From the NCBI GenBank assembly GCA_964358895.1, contig CAYHPR010000001.1:9218-73217 (forward strand): a stretch of DNA of 64,000 bases, read 5' to 3'. How positions within the stretch are numbered: the first letter of the stretch is position 1; the number at the start of each line of letters is the position of its first letter. Both the position numbers and the translations under genes were made by a program. The notes under the pieces are model-generated. The model was given only the letters and a program-made list of their open reading frames with translations. It did no database searches and was not told the DNA's origin. Shown here in pieces: positions 56,895 to 64,000 of this stretch. The stretch comes from Candidatus Micrarchaeota archaeon. Its GTDB lineage: Archaea > Micrarchaeota > Micrarchaeia > CABMEP01.

Positions 56895-56950
56895 TTTCTT
56901 TTTTTTCTTTTTTTATTTTTTTTTCTTTTTTAAATTTTTTATTTACTCTA
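56895..56950 (+). terminator. Oligo-T terminator tract between convergent genes
   Basis: long run of T-rich sequence right after the DUF1761 stop. Confidence 0.55.
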
Positions 56951-56952
56951 TT

Positions 56953-57342
56953 TTATTTCTCTAACATTTTTTTCATGGGCTTCCAATAATAATCAATCCA
57001 ACCCTGAGCAATGTCACTGTAAAATTCGCTAGGAATCCCAGTTTGCTTAAAAACAAGCTTTGTTCCTTCCTTAACTTTTTTCAACAAAAATGTAACTTTA
57101 GAATAATCCTCCTCAGGCCAGTCGGCAGCACGCCAAGATTGGACGATCTTTTTATCTTTTACAAGAACGAGGTTTTTCCCTTCAGCGTATTCTCCAAAAA
57201 CAGTAAACGTTCCCCCTACTTTCCTACTGATAACTGCTTTATCTCCAGTGAAAGCAGCATGCTTCTTTGAATCCATCAGTGCTCCGTATACGTCATGAGG
57301 ACTTGCCTTGAGGATAACGGATTGCCTGATTGATTTTGCCAT
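56953..57342 (-). CDS. SRPBCC/AHSA1 domain protein
   Basis: ASP..VY.AL.D, GG.F..F, IVQSWR..DWP, GW..YYW. Confidence 0.88.
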   Translation of the reverse strand: MAKSIRQSVILKASPHDVYGALMDSKKHAAFTGDKAVISRKVGGTFTVFGEYAEGKNLVLVKDKKIVQSWRAADWPEEDYSKVTFLLKKVKEGTKLVFKQTGIPSEFYSDIAQGWIDYYWKPMKKMLEK

Positions 57343-57360
57343 GAAATCACTGATCTTTAG

Positions 57361-57435
57361 CGGGCTCGGAGGGATTTGAACCCTCGACCTGTCGGTTAAA
57401 AGCCGAACGCTCTGGCCAAGCTGAGCTACGAGCCC
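57361..57435 (-). tRNA. tRNA-Lys(TTT)
   Basis: GGGCTCG/CGAGCCC acceptor, CT-TTT-AA anticodon loop, GTTCAAATC. Confidence 0.94.
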
Positions 57436-57445
57436 TATATTACAA

Positions 57446-58015
57446 TTATTTCTTTTGCGCAGATAATCTTAATATTGCTTCTAAAACTGATGAGATCTCT
57501 TTAACTCCTTCTTCATCAGTAAAATGTCCTTTATTATGTTCAATAATTGTTTTAGCGCCTAATTTTGTCTCAAATATTTCTTTATTCTTTTTTAACTGGA
57601 CAAATGGATCATTATCAGAAAATATAGCAAAAAACTTGCCTTTAATTCTATCAAAATTTATTGAAGTTTTAATCCAAGGTTTTGCGATTGTCTTTTCTTC
57701 GTCTGTTTCAAGTCCCTTTAGTGTAAACCATCCAGATACAAATACAGCTCCTCCGATTTTCTTGCCTGAATTTTCTAGATATCTAAGTATTGCTTGGCAG
57801 CCGATGCTGTGACCAACAAAATATGTGTCTTTATCGGCAGTTGAAGTAATTTTGGATAGATATGACACCCACTTTTCAATTACCGGCTCGGAAGAATTTG
57901 GCATTTTTGGAATCGTAACTTTAAAACCTCTTTTCTCCAATTCTTTTTTAAGCCAGGGATACCAATCATCCTTTGGAGACCCGTCCCACCTATGAACTAT
58001 GATCACTCTTTTCAT
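57446..58015 (-). CDS. RBBP9/YdeN family alpha/beta hydrolase
   Basis: W.PWL, VGHSIG, SDNDPFV, GHF. Confidence 0.9.
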   Translation of the reverse strand: MKRVIIVHRWDGSPKDDWYPWLKKELEKRGFKVTIPKMPNSSEPVIEKWVSYLSKITSTADKDTYFVGHSIGCQAILRYLENSGKKIGGAVFVSGWFTLKGLETDEEKTIAKPWIKTSINFDRIKGKFFAIFSDNDPFVQLKKNKEIFETKLGAKTIIEHNKGHFTDEEGVKEISSVLEAILRLSAQKK

Positions 58016-58084
58016 TTAACATCACATTTTACTGTTCACTTAAAATTTATTATTAACAGAATACAATAAGTGCAAATACCTCGA

Positions 58085-59554
58085 TCAATCTATTTTCTTA
58101 AACAACATCTCTGCTTTTATGTTTTGTCCTGCACTGAGAATTGGTTTTGCAACCTCTTTCCATTCAGAGTTTATTCCCAGATTGGCTAAAGCAGCACCGA
58201 CTCTATTTGGCATAAATGGATAATAAAGCAATGAAAGTGTTCTCAAAAGATTGACAGAAACATTAAGCGTTGTGGCTGCCTTCTGCTTATCTTCCTTAAT
58301 TGTTTTCCATGGCTCCTCGGATTGGAAGTAACGGTTTACTTCTGAGGTTAAGTCAACCACTCTATTGAGTGCAGAGGTAAGTTCGAAATTTTGCATATCA
58401 TTCTCGTAATTATTAACTGCCAGATCAGCTAATGAAAGGATCGCCGTATCCTTTTCCGTTATCATTGCTTGCGGAACTTTCGAATCAAAATTTTTATCAA
58501 GGAATGACGTAACACGGTAAAACAAGTTGCTGTAGTTTGCAACTATTTCGTTATTTATCCTATCTTTCAATGATTTTTCTGAGAAGTCTCCATCAGAACC
58601 TAACGAAATTTCACGGAACATATAATAACGAATGGCATCAATGCCATATTTTGATGAAAGCTGAACAGGATCGATTGCGTTACCTAGGGACTTGCTTATC
58701 TTTTGTCCGTTAATTGTAAAGAAACCATGAACGAAAATTGATTTTGGAAGTGGATATCCGGCTGACATCAGCATTCCGATCCAAGTTATGCAATGGAACC
58801 TCGCAATATCCTTTCCAACTATGTGCAAATCTGCAGGCCAATATTTTTCTGGTGACAGATAATTGATAAGTGCATCAAACCATACCCAGAACTTATGCTT
58901 GTTATCAAGTGGAAAATCAATACCCCATTTGAGATTCGGCCTGCTTATTGAGGTATCGCGAAGGCCTTCTTTTATGAAATTGATAATCTCATGTTTTTTA
59001 CTCTCTGGCCTGATGAAGTCTTTATTTTCTTCTATATGTTTCAGAATCTGATCTTGATATTTTGAAAGTTTGAAGAAATAATTGTCTTCTTTCAGTTTTT
59101 GAAGCGGTTTTTGGTGGATAGGACATTTTCCGTCAATCACATCACGTTCAAGTTTGAATTCTTCACATGCGTCACAGTAAAGTCCTTCATAACTGCCTTT
59201 GAAAATATCTCCTTTCTTGTTCACTTTATCGAAAAAAGATAGCACATTTTTCTTATGTCGTTCTTCAGTAGTCCTTATGAAATCATCATTTGTAATCCCA
59301 AGCCCTTTCCATACTTGCTTCCATTTCGTAGCCATATTGTCTGAATATTTAGAAATATCTTTTTCGCCTGCAGCTTCAGCTGCTTGAGAAGTTTTGATTG
59401 AATTTTCATCAAGTCCTGTTAGAAAAAATGTATCTTCACCACGCATTCTATGCCAAATAGCAAGAATATCTGCGATAGTTGTAGCATATGCGCTGCCTAA
59501 ATGTGGTACGTCATTGATGTAATAGATAGGCGTTGTTACATAAAATTTTGACAC
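58085..59554 (-). CDS. metG: Methionine--tRNA ligase (short, single-knuckle type)
   Basis: TTPIYY.N..PHLG, FIRTT, CDACE..CPIH, WFDAL, GKDI..FH, KISKSLGN. Confidence 0.95.
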   Translation of the reverse strand: MSKFYVTTPIYYINDVPHLGSAYATTIADILAIWHRMRGEDTFFLTGLDENSIKTSQAAEAAGEKDISKYSDNMATKWKQVWKGLGITNDDFIRTTEERHKKNVLSFFDKVNKKGDIFKGSYEGLYCDACEEFKLERDVIDGKCPIHQKPLQKLKEDNYFFKLSKYQDQILKHIEENKDFIRPESKKHEIINFIKEGLRDTSISRPNLKWGIDFPLDNKHKFWVWFDALINYLSPEKYWPADLHIVGKDIARFHCITWIGMLMSAGYPLPKSIFVHGFFTINGQKISKSLGNAIDPVQLSSKYGIDAIRYYMFREISLGSDGDFSEKSLKDRINNEIVANYSNLFYRVTSFLDKNFDSKVPQAMITEKDTAILSLADLAVNNYENDMQNFELTSALNRVVDLTSEVNRYFQSEEPWKTIKEDKQKAATTLNVSVNLLRTLSLLYYPFMPNRVGAALANLGINSEWKEVAKPILSAGQNIKAEMLFKKID

Positions 59555-59608
59555 AATAATAGATAGAAGTGAAACTTAAAAAAGAGAGGTCCGATCGAAG
59601 TCTGAGGT

Positions 59609-59827
59609 TTAATTAGAAGAAACTGCATCTTCGCTCTGTTTTAATATCTGAGTAGAGAACCCGTCCGTAGTTTTAACGTCCGCTTTCACATTATGCTTTT
59701 TTAATAACATAACTGGCCCTATATCGTCGAGTAAATGTTCGAATGAATTTCGAGTTGTTATGTCTAATTGTTCGGTACTTATACCACTTTGTCTTGTATT
59801 CTTCTTTTCGTTAATTTTTGTCACCAT
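59609..59827 (-). CDS. Small hypothetical protein
   Basis: 72-aa ORF with SD-like GGGTGG. Confidence 0.4.
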   Translation of the reverse strand: MVTKINEKKNTRQSGISTEQLDITTRNSFEHLLDDIGPVMLLKKHNVKADVKTTDGFSTQILKQSEDAVSSN

Positions 59828-59968
59828 GTTTCCACCCACACATACACATATTAATTTACTATAACAAATTAAGATATAATAAAATATAAAAAATTATAAA
59901 CGATAAAAATATAAAAAGCTTTATAATAACAATAACATAATCTGAATAGCAGAACAGGGAGGGTATAC

Positions 59969-62011
59969 GTGCCTACTTCTATTGACGCAGGGCCAATTAT
60001 AGGTAAATTTGAGGAGTTCTTCGAAGAACGATACAAGAAAGAGTTAGCAGAGCTAAAATCGAAGTATCCGACAGTTAAATCGTTTTATTTCTCGTATAAG
60101 AATCTTGAAAAATTCGATCCTGAACTTGCAGATGAACTGATGGTGCACCCAGATCAAGTGATACAAGCTGCACAATCAGCTCTGATAAGTCTTAGCGGTG
60201 AGGATGCTAAAAAATTTGAACCGCATGTTCGAATAAGCGACTTGCCTGAGAGTGGATTGCTTATACAGGATATCGGTGCCGCACAGATACAAAAACTTGT
60301 TCGAATCGAGGGAGTTGTAACGAAACGTGCAGAGGTAAGGCCACGTGTCAAGATCGCAGTTTACAAGTGCATGAAATGTGACTCGATATATAAGATTCCG
60401 ATCGAGAAAGGGACATACCTGCCAGATGTATGTGAAAATTGCCATAAAAAAGCACTAGAACTCGATGAGGATGGATCATATTTTGTTAACCTGCAACGAT
60501 GTGAAATGCAGGAACTACTGGAACGAGTTCGAGGTGGAACGCCGGCGTCTAATATCGAAATGATAATGGAAGACGACTTAGTAAACGTACTCATACCTGG
60601 AGACACAATTGAAGTTGCAGGAATTGTCAGAATCAGACCAATACCAAAAGCAAAAACTCAAGTTTATGCTAAATATCTTGATGTAATTTTCGTAAAAAAT
60701 GTACAGCGTGAATTCGAAGAAGTGGAATTGAAAAAAGAGGATATTAAAACAATTCAAGACTTAGCGAAACAGCCCGACGTAATGGAACAAATAATAAAAG
60801 CTATAGCTCCATCGATCTATGGACATAAAGAAGTTAAAGAAGGACTTGCATTGCAACTTTTTGGCGGAACTTCTGAAAAAACATTACCTGAAGGTGGACG
60901 GATCAGAAGTGATATTCACATTCTTCTTATCGGAGATCCGGGTTCGGCCAAAACTCGTATGCTACAATACATGTCTGACCTTGCACCGAAATCAGTTTAT
61001 GTAAGCGGTAAGTCAGTAACAGGTGCAGGATTAACTGCATCTGCAGAACGTGACGATCTTGGAGAGGGATGGACGCTCAAAGCAGGTGCTCTCGTCCTCG
61101 CATCGGGTGGCTTGGGTTGTATCGATGAATTCAGTCATATTGAAAAAGCTGAACAATCTGCATTGCTAGAAGTAATGGAATCGCAGTCAGTCAGCGTAGC
61201 AAAAGCAGGAATTGTTGCAAAATTCAAGGCAAGAACGTCTATTCTCGCGGCTGCAAACCCAAAGTTTGGACGTTTTGATCCTAACCAGCTGCCTGCTGAA
61301 CAATTTGACATACCTCCAACGCTGCTATCGAGATTTGATCTAATATTTCCAATTCGTGACATTATGGACGAAGAAAAAGACAAGAGTCTTGCACAGTACG
61401 TACTCACAACACACAGAGATGCTGCACTCAAACAGACTCCGCAACAGGAAGAATACAATGTTCTCAGCACAGAATTCCTCCGAAAATATATTGCTTATTC
61501 AAGAAAAATGGTAAAACCAGTTCTAAGCCAGGAAGCTTCTGAAAAAATTAAAGATTATTACCTCCAGCTAAGAAAACTTGGACAAGCTCAAGGTGCTGTC
61601 GCAATAACGCCAAGACAAATTGAAGGCCTTATTCGATTAAGTGAAGCAAGTGCGAAAGCAAGACTCTCACCGCATGTTGAAATAACTGATGCTGAACGTG
61701 CAGTCAGACTAACTGACTTCGTGCTTAGACAAATTGCACTTGATAGAACAACAGGCAAGATTGATATTGATATAATTGCAACCGGCCAACCGAGGTCAAG
61801 GGCAGAGCAATATTATGACGTAGTAGGAATCATTCGTGACCTCACACGCCATTACGACCAAGTCTCACGGGAAATGGTTATTGATGAGGCAAAAAAGCAG
61901 AATGGAATTGATGAGAGGATAGTTGTGAGATTCCTTGATGAAATGCTAAGGAAAGGAGAATTGTTTGAACCTAAACCTGGATTCCTTAAGTTTGTCCAGA
62001 GATCTGAATAA
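59969..62011 (+). CDS. mcm: Replicative helicase MCM
   Basis: Zn finger, IAPSIYG, GDPGSAKT, GLTA, IDEF, AAANP.FGR, LLSRFDL, ITPRQ.E; no intein. Confidence 0.97.
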   Translation: MPTSIDAGPIIGKFEEFFEERYKKELAELKSKYPTVKSFYFSYKNLEKFDPELADELMVHPDQVIQAAQSALISLSGEDAKKFEPHVRISDLPESGLLIQDIGAAQIQKLVRIEGVVTKRAEVRPRVKIAVYKCMKCDSIYKIPIEKGTYLPDVCENCHKKALELDEDGSYFVNLQRCEMQELLERVRGGTPASNIEMIMEDDLVNVLIPGDTIEVAGIVRIRPIPKAKTQVYAKYLDVIFVKNVQREFEEVELKKEDIKTIQDLAKQPDVMEQIIKAIAPSIYGHKEVKEGLALQLFGGTSEKTLPEGGRIRSDIHILLIGDPGSAKTRMLQYMSDLAPKSVYVSGKSVTGAGLTASAERDDLGEGWTLKAGALVLASGGLGCIDEFSHIEKAEQSALLEVMESQSVSVAKAGIVAKFKARTSILAAANPKFGRFDPNQLPAEQFDIPPTLLSRFDLIFPIRDIMDEEKDKSLAQYVLTTHRDAALKQTPQQEEYNVLSTEFLRKYIAYSRKMVKPVLSQEASEKIKDYYLQLRKLGQAQGAVAITPRQIEGLIRLSEASAKARLSPHVEITDAERAVRLTDFVLRQIALDRTTGKIDIDIIATGQPRSRAEQYYDVVGIIRDLTRHYDQVSREMVIDEAKKQNGIDERIVVRFLDEMLRKGELFEPKPGFLKFVQRSE

Positions 62012-62080
62012 TCTGCTAAAGCCCGTTTTTCTCCTTTTTCGTTTTTAAATTCTTTTTAAATACATCTGCCTAATCATATC

Positions 62081-62977
62081 ATGGCAGAGATTAGACCAAC
62101 GCATCAGATATTGATATTTTTCATTTTCGCCCAACTTCTGGCATTGATGGTTGGAAAAATAATGATAGACAACGCTCAAGAGCCAGTGTTCAAAGCACTA
62201 AGTATTGCTCCTGAAGAAGCTGGAAGTGCATTCAATGTATTATATCTAATTGGTTCAGTTATCCTCGCAGCAATTTTTCTGATTATTATATTACTTTTGC
62301 CTATAAGAGATATACTAATAAGGCTCCTTGAATTCTTTTCCTCCACAGTATCTACCTTAATCGTATTTTTCGTAATCCTCTTCACTCTAAACATCCAAAG
62401 TGCCGAACTGATCGCACTCCTGCTAAGCCTTGCATTATACGCTGCAAAATCTGCATTTGCGCCATTTAGAAACATAGTAGCGGTTGTTGCTAGTGCAGGC
62501 GTTGGTGCACTTATCGGATTTTCGATAGATCCATTACCTACAATAGTTTTCGTTATGTTGATCGCCATATATGATGTAATAGCTGTTTGGTGGACAGGAC
62601 ACATGGTACAATTCGCTAAGAAGTTTGTATCAATGCAGACCACGTTTACTATAGGAGTGCAAGGCACGAAAGAAGTTGAAACAAAAAGAGCTGGAAAAAC
62701 AGTCATTAAACGTGAACCATTACACTTAGAGTTAGGCACAGGAGACTTAGCAATTCCTGCTGCATTGATAGTAAGCGTTTACAAGATTGGAAGCTTTCTT
62801 TTTCCTGCTGCAAGTTTTATCGGTTCAATACTTGGACTTTATTATATCTTAAATAGGGCACAGACAGAAAAACGAGTTTTTCCTGCGATGCCATCTATTG
62901 CTATCGCAGCTATAATCTCTTTGCTTATCGCTTTTTTCCTAACTTATCTCTGGAACGCTCTAAACTTATATCAATAA
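62081..62977 (+). CDS. Presenilin/SPP-family intramembrane aspartyl protease
   Basis: YD..AV, LGTGD, PAMP motifs; multiple TM. Confidence 0.88.
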   Translation: MAEIRPTHQILIFFIFAQLLALMVGKIMIDNAQEPVFKALSIAPEEAGSAFNVLYLIGSVILAAIFLIIILLLPIRDILIRLLEFFSSTVSTLIVFFVILFTLNIQSAELIALLLSLALYAAKSAFAPFRNIVAVVASAGVGALIGFSIDPLPTIVFVMLIAIYDVIAVWWTGHMVQFAKKFVSMQTTFTIGVQGTKEVETKRAGKTVIKREPLHLELGTGDLAIPAALIVSVYKIGSFLFPAASFIGSILGLYYILNRAQTEKRVFPAMPSIAIAAIISLLIAFFLTYLWNALNLYQ

Positions 62978-63017
62978 AACCCAGATAGCTAGCATTTAAT
63001 AGGATTACCTCCGAAGT

Positions 63018-63443
63018 ATGATTAATAGTGATATCTTGGATTATGATGAAAATCTTAATAGGGCATATAAAAATCTGCCAGAAAAAACTGCAAAAACAGA
63101 AAGATTCGAACTTCCTGCAGCTGAAGTGATTACACAAGGTAACAAAACATTAATCAAAAATTTTGATGTAATAACTAACAAGCTCAGGAGAGAACCTAAG
63201 CACATGGCAAAATATTTATTTAAGGAACTTGCCGTACCTGGGACTATTGAAGGAGGAAGACTGATTCTTAACAGCAAATTGCCAGAAAGGATGATTGTTG
63301 AAAAAATAAAAAATTATATCGAAATTTTTCTAACTTGCAAGCAGTGTAAGCTTCCAGACACACGACTGACAGAAGTGGATAGAGGGATATACATGATGGT
63401 TTGTGAAGCATGTGGTGCACGTAGTGCTGTGCCTAAAGTATGA
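63018..63443 (+). CDS. Translation initiation factor aIF2 beta
   Basis: RFELP, GNKT.I.NF, KELAVPG, C..C..PDT, CEACGA. Confidence 0.95.
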   Translation: MINSDILDYDENLNRAYKNLPEKTAKTERFELPAAEVITQGNKTLIKNFDVITNKLRREPKHMAKYLFKELAVPGTIEGGRLILNSKLPERMIVEKIKNYIEIFLTCKQCKLPDTRLTEVDRGIYMMVCEACGARSAVPKV

Positions 63444-63514
63444 ATTGTAATATGTAATAATCGATGGATAGAATTTGAGATGTGTTTGAGAGATAATTGA
63501 GGAGATGTGATTTT

Positions 63515-63817
63515 TTGGTTGAAGAAGAACAGCAGCAAACAAGAGTAAGAACTCCTAGAACTGGGGAGATAATGGGAATTGTAATCAGTAGAGCAGGTGG
63601 AAGTAGATTCATGGTTGTTTGTGCGGATAAAAAAGAAAGAATGTGTAGAGTTCCTGGCAAGATTAAGCATCAGATATGGGTAAAGGATAATGACATAGTG
63701 ATAATTGTACCTTGGTCAATTGAAGGAGACAAACGTGGAGATATTATCTGGAGATACACTCGAGTACAAAACGATTGGCTAAGAAGGAACGGTTATTTGA
63801 AAGATCTGCCAGTCTAA
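63515..63817 (+). CDS. Translation initiation factor aIF1A
   Basis: V.C.D.KER.CRVPGK, W....D.V...PW, DI.WRY; probable TTG start. Confidence 0.93.
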   Translation: MVEEEQQQTRVRTPRTGEIMGIVISRAGGSRFMVVCADKKERMCRVPGKIKHQIWVKDNDIVIIVPWSIEGDKRGDIIWRYTRVQNDWLRRNGYLKDLPV

Positions 63818-63842
63818 TAAATGATAAGTAAGTCGTGAAAAA

Positions 63843-64000
63843 GTGCTAATTGAAGAAATAAGAAAACGAGTCAAGATTGAAAGAAAAATTGAAAGCCAAG
63901 TCCTCGATAGAGACGTATTCCTAACGCTAGGCTACCTAATGAATAAAAAATTGATTCAGACAGTTGATTTTCCAATCTCAAAAGGTAAAGAGGCATACGT
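63843..64000 (+). CDS. rio1: RIO1 kinase, 5' part (truncated by window end)
   Basis: RKIE..V.D......L..LM......I......ISKGKEAYV; usual synteny after aIF1A. Confidence 0.75.
   Translation, partial: MLIEEIRKRVKIERKIESQVLDRDVFLTLGYLMNKKLIQTVDFPISKGKEAY

Noticed and set aside
59845..59945. AT-rich stretch with a repeated AAAATATAAAAA upstream of mcm as a replication origin
   Set aside because: No ORB/G-string motif and no cdc6/orc1 gene; divergent TATA promoters explain it
59969..62011. Intein in MCM
   Set aside because: Length is 680 aa and the Walker motifs are uninterrupted
1..64000. rRNA genes, transposases, integrases, prophage or defence systems
   Set aside because: No supporting motifs or long GC-rich structured regions; almost all sequence is accounted for by other genes

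Overview
Core-genome window of an AT-rich archaeon. It is most likely a DPANN lineage (Micrarchaeota-like), inferred from the separate priS/priL genes, non-canonical tRNA introns and many short orphan genes. The window holds the large ribosomal superoperon on the minus strand (rpl3 through secY, adk, cmk, cbf5, tRNA-Ser, rps13-rps4-rps11-rpoD, tRNA-Leu, rpl18e-rpl13-rps9-rpoN, tRNA-Pro, rps2). It also holds the priL-priS-GINS-rpl44e-rps27e-aIF2alpha-nop10-PAC2 cluster, MCM, Hef and Lhr helicases, a histone, RNase HII, dhs-speB, a bacterial-type leuB-leuC-leuD-dapA block, metG and aIF2beta/aIF1A/RIO1. Main observations: (1) a dispersed ~33-nt motif sits directly upstream of 8 superoperon genes and often encodes a 4-5 codon mini-ORF M-[T/S/I]-R-[K/R]-stop; (2) a second dispersed family of hairpins lies next to ribosome-binding sites, with one copy inside a tRNA intron; (3) a bacterial-type NrdR has tandem NrdR boxes placed on an archaeal TATA promoter of an intein-containing class II ribonucleotide reductase, plus a box at rnhB; (4) aIF1/SUI1 may start at a non-AUG (ATC) codon; (5) tRNA-Pro has two introns and tRNA-Ser has two possible anticodon loops; (6) there is a stand-alone DxDD/QW class II terpene-cyclase-like gene. 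All calls come from reading motifs by eye; no database searches were run.
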